A stretch of 34,439 nucleotides of DNA. It comes from a virus (lineage: Duplodnaviria; Caudoviricetes). The notes below the pieces were generated by a model. The model was not told where the DNA came from. It ran no database searches and was given only the letters and a program-made list of their open reading frames with translations. Position 1 is the first letter of the stretch, and the number at the start of each line of letters is the position of its first letter. The translations under genes and the position numbers were made by a program. Where the stretch lies: the IMG/VR virus record IMGVR_UViG_3300032143_000007, positions 1 through 34,439 of that record; one strand, written 5' to 3'. Shown here piece by piece: positions 9,231 to 19,411 of the stretch.

Positions 9231-12200
9231 TTATAACAATTGTATTATAGCACAAGTTTTAATATCATAAGTTTCTCCAACATATCCTGTAAATGTATGT
9301 GTTATATTTGGTGATGTTGAACTTTCATATGTATTTGTATCTCTTCCATAATCAAAATACCATCTATATTCTAATACTTTATATTTTCCTGAATATGATC
9401 CAGTTGCTCTTACTGTAGCTACAAAATCTATCATTAGAGGTGATGATCCTGTTCTAGGAATTCCTACAAAATCAACAGCTATATTTGCAAATGAATAAAC
9501 TTGTGGTTGATTAACTGTTAAAAAAGCATTAACTACATCTGGATATACAATAGTATTTATGGTATCTATAATAATAATATTAGGATTAACAATATTACCT
9601 GTTATATTAATTGGAATAACATATATATTAGCATTAATAGGCCCAAAATAAAATGCTCCAATATGACCTTTTCCTTCAGAAATAAAATTAAAAGCACCTG
9701 GACCAGTTCTATGTGTATTCCAAAATCCTGCTGAAAATCCATCTGTATTCCATACTGATTGTCTTTCTGTTATTGTATTTGGTATTCCATAATTATCACT
9801 AATTAAAGAACTATCATATATACTTAATGTAACATCATCCCATGAAACAAAATTTTTATTTGGAATCCAATTAAATGTACAATTATTAAATTCAACCGTT
9901 CCTCCTTTATCATATGTTGAGGACATACGAGCGGATACTTCAGTTATTGATTTTGTAAATAAACAATAGTTAAATTGAAATATTCCATAATTAAAACCAG
10001 TATCACTAATTATAGAATCTACAAAAATGGTATCATTAAAATAAGCTTTATTATTACATGCACATGTTGCTACATCTCCTGTATATTCAGAAAAATAACA
10101 ATCAGCACTTAATAATGTACATCCATTAAGATATACATCCCATTGTTTTATTTTATTTGCATACCAACCATTATAAAATATATCATTATTAAATTTAAAG
10201 GTTCCAGAAGGTGCTGAAGAATCTATACTTTCATTACAAGCATAATCACTAATTATAGCATTTTCTACTTTAATATTATATATTGTCGCAGAACTTGCTG
10301 GTCCATTATAATATTCAAAACCATTATTTAAACCAAAAATTACAAATGTAGAAAAGGAAGGAGCATATGATGATAATTTATAAGGACTACCATCTAACCA
10401 CGATAAATAATTATATCCTCCACGCCTTGCTACATAATCCAATCCATTAAGTGTTACATTTGTACCTTTTAAATAAAAAGTATCTCCATTATTTGCTGAT
10501 ACACTTGCTGATAATGAATGTGGATGATGCTTTCCTAAATAAATATAATCATAAAATTGATCTGAATTAAACGGAAGTCCTTCAGTACCATCACCCGAAG
10601 AACCTGTATCAAAATCTATATAATAATAACTTGCTGAACTTACAGGGGGAGTTGCTTCTTCTATAAAATAAAAAGCACCAGGACCAGTTCTATTCGAATT
10701 CCAAAATCCTGTTGAATATCCACTTGTTTCCCAAGCAGATGATCTAATTAATGATGTATTTGGAATATCATATGCGCTACTATATAAATTCGAATCTATA
10801 GAATCTATACTAAAATCATTAAATATTGGATATGATCTAGTCGGTGTCCAATTAAATGTGCAATGATTAAAATCAACTGTTCCACCACCTCCATAAGTTG
10901 AAGATAGATGTGCCGAAACTTGAGTTATAGAATTTGTAAATAAACAATAATTAAATTGTATAATACCATAAACATATTTTAAATCTGTAAAAGTAGATTT
11001 TATAAAAATAGAATCATTAAAATATATTTCATTATCTTCTGGTGCGCCTGGCAGCCAATAATTCATTTCAGCAAAACTACAACTAGCACTTAAAAATGTA
11101 CAACCATTAACATTTATATACCATTGATTTAAAGAAGTTGCTCCAAAATAATCATAAAATATATTATTATTTAATATATATGTTCCAGAAGGTGATGATG
11201 TAGAAACTGCTCCATGAAATTGAAGTTTTTTAAATACAGCATTTTCATATTTAATATTATGATGAATAGGTCCAATAGCCGATATTAATTGAGGCCATAT
11301 TCCAATATTTATAAAACCATTACTATCTGTTTCAGATAATTTATAAGGCGCTCCATCTTCCCAAGGTAAATAATTATATCCTCCAAGTTTTGATATATAT
11401 TCTGTACCAAATATTGTTACGTTTTCACCTTTTAAATAAATATTATCACCAGCAATCGCAGATACTCCTGCTGATATGGTTGGTCCTCCTGCATTATAAC
11501 GAGTAAACTGACTAGAGTTTAAAGGACTAGAAGATGTTCCTCTACCTGTTGCTATTTCATCAAAATCAACATATTGTGATGTATCAAATGTCCATATTTG
11601 AATACCATTTGATGTAGCTAAATATATAATTTTATTAATTTTAATTAAATTATAACCATGTTGCGCTCCTGTAGTATTTGTATATACCCTATTAAATGTA
11701 GTTCCATCAAAAGTATAATATCTAATTTTTAAATCAGAACCCGCAACCCATACTCCATGACCATCTCCCAAAATAGCATCTGGAAATTCACTTCCTGTAA
11801 AATCATCAAAAGATGCTACTGAAATAGCGGATGTACCATTCCATCTATAGGCTTTTATTCCTGCTGTACTATAAGAAACATATATATATTTTTTTCCAGC
11901 ATCATTACTTATATATTCATCTATAGATACTCTTTCAGGAGCAACTCCACTTTTTTTACCAGAACGAGAAAGACATCTAAATTTATTTCCTTCTATTGTA
12001 TATATTCCAAAACCTTCTGAACCAACAACAAATATTTTTCCTCTATCAGATAAATGCATTACATCTCTATCAGATTGTATATGATCTACAAATCCTACTG
12101 CTGTTGGAGTGTGTGATGATGTAACATAAGTAAATGTAGAACCATTAAAAGTATATGCTGCAAAATATGTATCTGTTCCAAAATAAATATATTCAGAATC

Positions 12201-12530
12201 TCCCCAACATCCACGCATTTCAGTAGCAGGAGCAGTCTTTGCAACTGTACCTTCCATAGTAAAAGTTGATCCATCAAAAGAATAAGCTGATAATTTTCCA
12301 TTTAAAGTAGGAACAAAAAGATAATCATTATCTGCGTATATATGCCAAGATGTATTTCCTGTACCCAAATCAATCGTAGCTCCTGGTATTGCTGATAATA
12401 AATTATTATCTAATACATATGCTTGAACATTATAATCATCATTTGATACAGCATATAAATATGATCCATTATAGACCATACTAAATACATTATTTTGTGT
12501 ATGATTAGCAGAAATTTGATATAATAACAT
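9231..12530 (-). CDS. Virion appendage / adhesin-like protein: N-terminal beta-propeller, two beta-helix-like modules, C-terminal PKD-like domain
   Basis: About 40-aa blade-like repeats (YLYAV, YLFVP, YIYFG, YIYVS, AYxFDG) in the first ~315 aa; two internal ~310-aa repeats; C-terminal DFVGIPRTGSSPL...YRWYFD...NITHTF. Confidence 0.7.
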   Translation of the reverse strand: MLLYQISANHTQNNVFSMVYNGSYLYAVSNDDYNVQAYVLDNNLLSAIPGATIDLGTGNTSWHIYADNDYLFVPTLNGKLSAYSFDGSTFTMEGTVAKTAPATEMRGCWGDSEYIYFGTDTYFAAYTFNGSTFTYVTSSHTPTAVGFVDHIQSDRDVMHLSDRGKIFVVGSEGFGIYTIEGNKFRCLSRSGKKSGVAPERVSIDEYISNDAGKKYIYVSYSTAGIKAYRWNGTSAISVASFDDFTGSEFPDAILGDGHGVWVAGSDLKIRYYTFDGTTFNRVYTNTTGAQHGYNLIKINKIIYLATSNGIQIWTFDTSQYVDFDEIATGRGTSSSPLNSSQFTRYNAGGPTISAGVSAIAGDNIYLKGENVTIFGTEYISKLGGYNYLPWEDGAPYKLSETDSNGFINIGIWPQLISAIGPIHHNIKYENAVFKKLQFHGAVSTSSPSGTYILNNNIFYDYFGATSLNQWYINVNGCTFLSASCSFAEMNYWLPGAPEDNEIYFNDSIFIKSTFTDLKYVYGIIQFNYCLFTNSITQVSAHLSSTYGGGGTVDFNHCTFNWTPTRSYPIFNDFSIDSIDSNLYSSAYDIPNTSLIRSSAWETSGYSTGFWNSNRTGPGAFYFIEEATPPVSSASYYYIDFDTGSSGDGTEGLPFNSDQFYDYIYLGKHHPHSLSASVSANNGDTFYLKGTNVTLNGLDYVARRGGYNYLSWLDGSPYKLSSYAPSFSTFVIFGLNNGFEYYNGPASSATIYNIKVENAIISDYACNESIDSSAPSGTFKFNNDIFYNGWYANKIKQWDVYLNGCTLLSADCYFSEYTGDVATCACNNKAYFNDTIFVDSIISDTGFNYGIFQFNYCLFTKSITEVSARMSSTYDKGGTVEFNNCTFNWIPNKNFVSWDDVTLSIYDSSLISDNYGIPNTITERQSVWNTDGFSAGFWNTHRTGPGAFNFISEGKGHIGAFYFGPINANIYVIPINITGNIVNPNIIIIDTINTIVYPDVVNAFLTVNQPQVYSFANIAVDFVGIPRTGSSPLMIDFVATVRATGSYSGKYKVLEYRWYFDYGRDTNTYESSTSPNITHTFTGYVGETYDIKTCAIIQLL
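9684..10629 (-). repeat. Copy C of the ~310-aa module
   Basis: YYYIDFD...RTGPGAFNF; TACCTTTTAAATAAAAAGTATCTCC is identical at 10463 and 8124. Confidence 0.85.
10665..11575 (-). repeat. Copy B of the ~310-aa module
   Basis: YVDFD...GDNIYLKG...RTGPGAFYF, collinear with copies A and C. Confidence 0.85.
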
Positions 12531-12543
12531 TTATTTTTACCTT

Positions 12544-13143
12544 TTAATTTATACCATGTTCATAACAACTTCTATCTATACGAAATACTTTATCTCTAAT
12601 TTGTTTTTTATTAAAATATATAAATGCCCAGCTTTTATTAAGATTTCTTTTTTTAAATTGATTACTTTTAATATCCTGTAAATAAAATCTTAATACACCT
12701 TGAAAAAAATTATTAAAAAAATTAGTATCATTTCCATTATATAATATATTACAATCTAATAATTCTTGTCTATATATTGAAAAATATACATGATCTTGTA
12801 AAATAGGAACTTGTTTTAATGTAATATCTGTATCCAAATATAAAAAATTTTTATTCTTTGATAAAAAATAATATCTAATAACATCCGCTCTTATCCAATG
12901 AAATTTAATATCTTCTGGTAAAAAATCCCAAAATTCTTTAATTTTAGGATCATCCTTAAACATAGAATCAATAAAATCTTCATATTTAATTAATATAACT
13001 GGATAAGCATCTAAAAAAGACCATGTTCTAGATGCAATTAACGTATATGTATCTGCACTTGTTAATTTATTTAAAACAGATAACATACAATTTTGTATAT
13101 TTTGTGAAGGTTTGTTTCCAATCCAAATTTGAAAATAATTCAT
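12544..13143 (-). CDS. DXD-motif glycosyltransferase (GT-A fold, GT32/OCH1-like or TcdA/B-catalytic-like)
   Basis: FQIWIG, RADVIRYYFL and YLDTD match the family pattern. Start re-assigned to ATG 13143 (AAAGGA RBS, 1 nt after the upstream stop), giving 199 aa. Confidence 0.8.
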   Translation of the reverse strand: MNYFQIWIGNKPSQNIQNCMLSVLNKLTSADTYTLIASRTWSFLDAYPVILIKYEDFIDSMFKDDPKIKEFWDFLPEDIKFHWIRADVIRYYFLSKNKNFLYLDTDITLKQVPILQDHVYFSIYRQELLDCNILYNGNDTNFFNNFFQGVLRFYLQDIKSNQFKKRNLNKSWAFIYFNKKQIRDKVFRIDRSCYEHGIN

Positions 13144-13144
13144 A

Positions 13145-16100
13145 TCATTTCCTTTGATAATTTTTTCTTGAATATCCAAACAATCCAGTTTCATAATTTG
13201 GATAGATATCATAATTTTTTCCTGGATTTGGAGGTGTATCAATTCCACTAAAAGGTTTCAAAATTTCTTTATGATCTATTAAATAATCTAAATTTTCTCC
13301 ATATCCTATCATGTTTCTTTTTAGAGGATAATTTAATGGTGGATTCCAATTATATTGATTATATTGTAAATCTCCTCTTAATTTATATGGTGTATATATT
13401 AAAAAACCATATATAATATTATTATAAGATTGATTAAAACAAGAATTATATACATATCCACTTGTTACATAATTTGTATTAGTATCATAAACATATCCAC
13501 CTTTATTTACTATCACACTATCAATAATATTTATAGTATTACTATTATATCCAGCAGAAAATGGTATAATATTAAAACCATTTTCGGTATATAATGTAGA
13601 CCCTATAATTTCTATTTCATTTTCTACAGAATTAATTGTAATAGATTTAAGACCTAGAATACTATTAGTTCCTTGACATATTACATAAGCATCGTGTGTT
13701 TTTAATATATCAATTTCACTTCCAACTAAATTTAATACCGATGGTTTATTATATATTATACAATTTCTAATATCACTTCCAACAAAAGATAATCTTTTAT
13801 TATATAAATATGTATCATCTTTTACAATCATCCAAGGACCATATGCAGAACTACTCCAAGCATCTAATACAAAATTCTTAGTATAATCTGTATTAATAAT
13901 ACTATCCGTAGTAGCCGATACTAATTTATATCCTTTAATTTTAAATATTTGATTTTCATAAGTATTACTAGCTGAACTTATTAAATTACAAAAATTATTA
14001 TATGTTTCTGGAAAATCTTCAGTACCATCATAATAAGATGTTATATCTCCTGCAAATGGTAATCCAGAAGTGATATAAGATGAATTTCCCCAAACTTTAA
14101 TATATTTATAAGCTTCTTTTCCATATGTTCCATCACCTTGATAATATAAATTTAAATCTATTTTATTAATAGCCGACACTGTACTATTTCCATAAATAAC
14201 ATCATAATCAGAAGATAAATTAACAGATGATGTAAATGGTATCCAATTATCTCCAATATTATATGCTCCATGAATTCTATTTTGACTTATTACTAAATTT
14301 CCAGAATTATCAATTTTATATCCTCTCATAATTCGAAACAATACAATATCACCTGAAGTTGTATTTAATGGATTTTGTTGTGAAAATAAATTTATCAAAT
14401 CATTTGAACTTTCCCATATAATCTTATCTCCAGCCGTATACAACCATAACCTTATTAAATTATTTCTTTCTAAATTTTTATCATATATACTTGTTCTTAT
14501 TAAAAAATCATTAATAGATGAATTTTTTCCATAAATAGTAGACCATTCAGCTATATATTTATTTGCTCCACTAAAAGTAAATGCTGTTCCATCTTCCCAT
14601 CCAACTGTTGTAGATAGATATACATTATTACCATAATACATATCATCTCCACCACTTATAATAAATTTAGATTTAATATCTGTTGAAAATCTTTTATTTA
14701 TATAAACATGTTCAAAATTTTCAATTAAAAATGTACCTTCTATTGGATAATCATCATAATTATTATTAATATCTACATAATGATTATCTTTATTATAAAT
14801 ATCTACAGCTTTTGTAAATGCTGAAGTTTGTCCTACATTATTATATAATCTTAATTTAAGATTTGCTGTTGTAATATCATTATTATAAGGTTGCAAATAT
14901 CTATAATTTTTATAAAGTATTCCATTATTAATAGATAATGCTGACATTCCTGAAGTTCCAAAATCAATATTAAAACTAGAAGGATTGCCTAATAAATTGT
15001 GTGCTGATACATATAAATCTCTATATGTGTATGCTGAACTTATAATTTCTTCAGATGGTAAATCATATAAAAACCAACATGCCGAAAGCGCACCAGAAGG
15101 ATATACTGTTATTGTTATTCCATTTGTTGTATCACTATACCATCTATTTTTAGATGTTATTACAGCATATAAATTATTAAGATTTGAAATCAAATATCTA
15201 TGTTTTGATTTTAAAGCTGTTGTAGCTGATGTGGTTTCATCTCCCCAAATATAATCTATATTACTATTATATATATCAGCACTAGTCTTTGGCATTGTTG
15301 CTGATATCAATAATGGTGCTATACCATTTGTAACATTTGAATACAATACTGCCGATACTTCTGGGAAATATAAAGCTCCGATACCATCTCTTCTTCCACT
15401 ATACAATGTAGTTCCCCAATATGGTGATCCGCTTACAGTAATAGCTGAAAAATTATATTTTAAATAATTTAATTTATCAGAAGTATAATTACTTACAGCA
15501 CTAAATAATATTTTAGGACTTGCCCAATTTTGTTGCCATTTATCATATGTATAATTACTTACAGAATTAAAAAATGTACTATTTGCTGCTGATCCTAATG
15601 CACTTATTACATGTGTATACACACATTGATCTAAATCAACATTAACATCTCCAACATTAGTATCATACTCATAAATATTTCCTATAACTAAAATAGAATT
15701 TATTAATGTAATAAGACTAGTACTATATGGATTATTTACAAGTATATCTCCAACACCTTTTTTTAAAGAAAGTGTAGAATTTCTAAAAGTTGTACTATTT
15801 GGAGAAGGAGTTAAAAACATACTCATATTAATTATATCCCAATCTGAACTTCCTGCAATTCTAAACATACAATTATCAAATAATATATCTGATAATCTAT
15901 TTGTAGAATCATCTTTAATCACTAAATAATATCCAAGATCAAATCTTCCATCAGCAATATATAAATTCAAACCATCTGTATTAAGAGTTATATTTAATTC
16001 TTTATTAGTAGCTGAATTTACAAGAGTCCAAGGATCGTCGCTTAATCTATTAACTGATATATATCTTCCATATACATCTATTGATTCTGATGTTCCTCCT

Positions 16101-16273
16101 GGTAAATTTCTAGTTCCAGAAACATAAAAAGTTTTATCAGTAGTAGACGAATTATATCCATTAGCAAGCAATCCTCCTTCATATTTCAAATGATTTTTAA
16201 ACTGATCATATGATAGGAAACTAGCATCTCCTGCAAATCCACCATTTATAAGTACATTATAAAACTCAGCCAT
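13145..16273 (-). CDS. Large virion appendage-like protein with divergent beta-helix-like modules and PKD-like domains
   Basis: N-terminal module ends GRRDGIGALYF (compare RTGPGAFYF); TNGIAPL...YIWGD...KHRY is PKD-like; a second module near the C-terminus has DGTEDFP, PW and QYNWNP. Confidence 0.6.
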   Translation of the reverse strand: MAEFYNVLINGGFAGDASFLSYDQFKNHLKYEGGLLANGYNSSTTDKTFYVSGTRNLPGGTSESIDVYGRYISVNRLSDDPWTLVNSATNKELNITLNTDGLNLYIADGRFDLGYYLVIKDDSTNRLSDILFDNCMFRIAGSSDWDIINMSMFLTPSPNSTTFRNSTLSLKKGVGDILVNNPYSTSLITLINSILVIGNIYEYDTNVGDVNVDLDQCVYTHVISALGSAANSTFFNSVSNYTYDKWQQNWASPKILFSAVSNYTSDKLNYLKYNFSAITVSGSPYWGTTLYSGRRDGIGALYFPEVSAVLYSNVTNGIAPLLISATMPKTSADIYNSNIDYIWGDETTSATTALKSKHRYLISNLNNLYAVITSKNRWYSDTTNGITITVYPSGALSACWFLYDLPSEEIISSAYTYRDLYVSAHNLLGNPSSFNIDFGTSGMSALSINNGILYKNYRYLQPYNNDITTANLKLRLYNNVGQTSAFTKAVDIYNKDNHYVDINNNYDDYPIEGTFLIENFEHVYINKRFSTDIKSKFIISGGDDMYYGNNVYLSTTVGWEDGTAFTFSGANKYIAEWSTIYGKNSSINDFLIRTSIYDKNLERNNLIRLWLYTAGDKIIWESSNDLINLFSQQNPLNTTSGDIVLFRIMRGYKIDNSGNLVISQNRIHGAYNIGDNWIPFTSSVNLSSDYDVIYGNSTVSAINKIDLNLYYQGDGTYGKEAYKYIKVWGNSSYITSGLPFAGDITSYYDGTEDFPETYNNFCNLISSASNTYENQIFKIKGYKLVSATTDSIINTDYTKNFVLDAWSSSAYGPWMIVKDDTYLYNKRLSFVGSDIRNCIIYNKPSVLNLVGSEIDILKTHDAYVICQGTNSILGLKSITINSVENEIEIIGSTLYTENGFNIIPFSAGYNSNTINIIDSVIVNKGGYVYDTNTNYVTSGYVYNSCFNQSYNNIIYGFLIYTPYKLRGDLQYNQYNWNPPLNYPLKRNMIGYGENLDYLIDHKEILKPFSGIDTPPNPGKNYDIYPNYETGLFGYSRKNYQRK

Positions 16274-16285
16274 TAATACTCTCCA

Positions 16286-18976
16286 TTAAGATTTATATTC
16301 ATATAAAATTTTAGATTGTATTTTAACTATTTCATTACCTAAACTATAACCACCAATATCAGCATTTTCTTCATCAATAGCTATATTTCCAGAATTATCA
16401 ATCATATTCTTTTTAATAAATTTTGTTACATCTTTCTTAATGTCTGCTAATACTTCTCTAAATAAAATAGTATCTCTAAATGTTATACCATCTATGAAAA
16501 TTGGATTTGCTAATGCTATATATGTAGTTTGAACAAAATCTGTTAAAAAATTTCTTTCAGTTGCTCTACCATTAATTATATTGTTATTATAATATATACT
16601 AAATTGTTGAAATATTGCTTGTTGTAAACTATCATTTGGTATTCTGGTATCCAAATTTAAACTTATATTTGGTACAGCAGTTCCATCATTCGGTATTATA
16701 TCTTCTAATCCTACCCAATTCCAATAAATTCTTCCAGTACTAATTGGAGCATCTGCTGAAAATTGAATATTAGCATTTATAACACCCGGAAAAGATTCAA
16801 TAATTTCTACAATATTAGAAAGATATATATCTTTATTAAAATCAGCATTTCTATCTAAAAATTTATAAATTTGATTATTAATTTGTCTTTGCATATCTAA
16901 ACTATCATATAATTGATTAAGATATACTTTACCAATAATATCAAAACTTTGAACAACTGGAGTAATATAAACGTTTCTAATTGTTACTTGTGATCTAGTA
17001 TCTAGATCATTTACTAAATCGACTATACCTTTACTTAAATCTCCTTCAACTGTCTTATATAAAAATTTCTTAACTATATCTGGTCTTGAATATAAAAGTT
17101 TCATATTATTAATAATTTCGCCTGTATCACTATCATAAAATTTAGTAATATAACAATTATCTGTAGTTGATCCATTTACATCATATTTTCCTGTTGGAGT
17201 AGTAAATGTTCCTGTATATTCAACAGTAAGTCCTGCAAATGCATCTGATCCATATGTACTACTTCCTGGTCTTTTATCTTTAATTGCTACTAATGAAGTT
17301 TGTAAAGCTGTTGCAATATCAAAATATGATGTTGCTGTTGATAAATCTAAAATAGCAGATGTAGTTCCTACAACTCCTGCTAAATTATTCCTAGATGTAT
17401 ATTCAATATAATATGTAAAATTAGTCGATCCACTTGCTACTGGAATAATATTATAAAGACTATTTGGAATTATTTCTCCACCTTGATACAAATAATATAC
17501 TTCAGAAGTATTAACAGTTTTATAATTTTTAATTTGTCTAGCTACTTCTTTATTACAATAATCTCCAGTATTTCTAGTCACATATATGTTATAATAACTA
17601 TTATCAGTAAATTGATATTCATCAAAATCTAAATCTAAAATAGCATTTCCTATTCCGGTATCTTGATTTAAAACTGAAAATGTATCATTTACTTCATCAC
17701 CTTCAGTATTATATAAACTTCCTACACAACTAAAAAGAACAACATTAAATAAATCTAATATAGCTGTACCACTAGTTTGTTGAAAGTTAATTTCTTCTTG
17801 TTCACCCCAAGCAATAGCATTTTTAAAATTTATTGGGCTTGTTAAGGATTTTAAATAAGCAATATAATCTCTTTTAGTAACTAGTCTATCAAGAGAATAA
17901 TAAATTTCTGGTGCATTAACTTTTATAGAATCTATATCTTCTAGGTCTGCTCCTCCTATAATATTACTATTAAATTTAAAGGTAACATATGAAGTTACAT
18001 CTTGATTTTTAAGAATTACTTTATCAGCAAAAACAAGTTTTTCATCTAGTATTCCAACTTGATTAGCTTGAGAACCTTCAGTTGCTAGGTATTGAATATA
18101 AACGTTATCATATGTTGTTTGTGGTGTATTAGCAGCACTTATATTAGCACCTAGAGCAGCAAATTGAGCATCTCCAAACATTACTTCTACATCTTCATTA
18201 GTTGATGTTCTTACAACACATACTTTACTATCTTCTTGAGAATTAAAGCTTTCAATAGATTCCCAATTAATTAATGATCTTCTATCAATACTATATTCAG
18301 TTTCATCAGATTTTGTATTACCCACCCATACTTTTGTTACACTAATATCAAAATCTTCACTTCCATATCTATTACTAAATTTTGTATCTGGTATTCTATA
18401 AATTTGAAATCTTTGTCCTACTTGTGTATTTGTAGAACCTTCAATAATTTTCTCTTTAATTTCACCTTGAACTATAGTAATTGCATTTTTATCATCATTC
18501 TTTGTAAGGGTAACAGTTCCTCCTGCCGCTAATGTTGTAATATCTGCATTTGTTAATGTATAAGTGAAACCATTTTTTAAAATAAAATTATAACCTTTAT
18601 ACGAAAGAACTCTATGATAAGGAATTTGAAGTCTATCTCCACCCGTTGCTATACCCGATAAATCTCCTTTTAATTCAATTTTAACCGTAGATTCAGCAGG
18701 AATAGGTCTTTTTACAACATATCCTAGTTGACGAGCAAGAAGTATAACTGAACTTTTAAGTCTAGCTGTATCAAAATAACATTCTTCTGCTCTTCTATCA
18801 AGATAATAATTTACAATATCAACTGTACCAGCAAATATTTCTATTAATGTTTGTGCTATTGCAGATTCCCTAAAATTATCAAATCTCTTATCAGCGACTA
18901 GTTTATCATTAATTTGTTGAATTATTTCTTCATAAGTCAATCCTGAATATTTTAAAAAATTCTTTTTTGTTGCCAT
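16286..18976 (-). CDS. gp6: Baseplate wedge subunit (T4 gp6 / baseplate J-like)
   Basis: L.YEEI, FDTARLKSSV..LARQLGY, V.FGD, GGADLEDIDSIKVNAP, RLVTKRDY. Confidence 0.9.
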   Translation of the reverse strand: MATKKNFLKYSGLTYEEIIQQINDKLVADKRFDNFRESAIAQTLIEIFAGTVDIVNYYLDRRAEECYFDTARLKSSVILLARQLGYVVKRPIPAESTVKIELKGDLSGIATGGDRLQIPYHRVLSYKGYNFILKNGFTYTLTNADITTLAAGGTVTLTKNDDKNAITIVQGEIKEKIIEGSTNTQVGQRFQIYRIPDTKFSNRYGSEDFDISVTKVWVGNTKSDETEYSIDRRSLINWESIESFNSQEDSKVCVVRTSTNEDVEVMFGDAQFAALGANISAANTPQTTYDNVYIQYLATEGSQANQVGILDEKLVFADKVILKNQDVTSYVTFKFNSNIIGGADLEDIDSIKVNAPEIYYSLDRLVTKRDYIAYLKSLTSPINFKNAIAWGEQEEINFQQTSGTAILDLFNVVLFSCVGSLYNTEGDEVNDTFSVLNQDTGIGNAILDLDFDEYQFTDNSYYNIYVTRNTGDYCNKEVARQIKNYKTVNTSEVYYLYQGGEIIPNSLYNIIPVASGSTNFTYYIEYTSRNNLAGVVGTTSAILDLSTATSYFDIATALQTSLVAIKDKRPGSSTYGSDAFAGLTVEYTGTFTTPTGKYDVNGSTTDNCYITKFYDSDTGEIINNMKLLYSRPDIVKKFLYKTVEGDLSKGIVDLVNDLDTRSQVTIRNVYITPVVQSFDIIGKVYLNQLYDSLDMQRQINNQIYKFLDRNADFNKDIYLSNIVEIIESFPGVINANIQFSADAPISTGRIYWNWVGLEDIIPNDGTAVPNISLNLDTRIPNDSLQQAIFQQFSIYYNNNIINGRATERNFLTDFVQTTYIALANPIFIDGITFRDTILFREVLADIKKDVTKFIKKNMIDNSGNIAIDEENADIGGYSLGNEIVKIQSKILYEYKS

Positions 18977-18986
18977 TATTATTTCC

Positions 18987-19379
18987 TTATACTATAATTT
19001 TCTTTTTAAAAGTACTTTTAATTTGACGTTCATTAATGATATATGGAATCATTAATACTAAAGTATGAGCATCTTCATTAAAATATAAACGCATTTCAGT
19101 TTCTAAAACTGTTATTCTATCTTCCCATCTTTTGAGAGCATTTGCAATCTCATTAAGAATTTCTTCACCACTATCTTCTGTTACAGTTTCAAAAATTTTC
19201 ATTTGCAAACCACATCCAAATGAAGGATTAAATAATCTTTCCCCCCATATAGTTCCTAGAATCATTTCAATAGATTGATTAATAACATCAACATCCCATA
19301 TTTCTCCCTTGCGTATAACTTTTTTCTCTAAGTCATAAGCCCAAGGGTCTACCCATTCTCTATCAAAATCTAGTGTCAT
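18987..19379 (-). CDS. gp25: Baseplate wedge / sheath initiator (T4 gp25-like)
   Basis: INQSIEMILGT..GERLFNPSFGC.L...IFE and WEDRI. Confidence 0.9.
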   Translation of the reverse strand: MTLDFDREWVDPWAYDLEKKVIRKGEIWDVDVINQSIEMILGTIWGERLFNPSFGCGLQMKIFETVTEDSGEEILNEIANALKRWEDRITVLETEMRLYFNEDAHTLVLMIPYIINERQIKSTFKKKIIV

Positions 19380-19400
19380 TTATATTTATCCTTTTATTAT

Positions 19401-19408
19401 TATTTATA
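19401..19408 (-). promoter_or_regulatory. TATAAATA late promoter box
   Basis: Exact match in the 32-nt spacer upstream of gp25, ahead of an AAGGA RBS. Confidence 0.55.
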
Positions 19409-19411
19409 ATA

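Noticed and set aside
7345-11575. Diversity-generating retroelement TR/VR pair
   Set aside because: The repeats are ~930-nt coding modules with differences at all bases, not adenine-specific, and no reverse transcriptase is in the window.
13144-13248. N-terminal 35 aa of the listed 234-aa glycosyltransferase ORF
   Set aside because: Overlaps the upstream gene by about 100 nt; ATG 13143 has an RBS and starts at the family motif.
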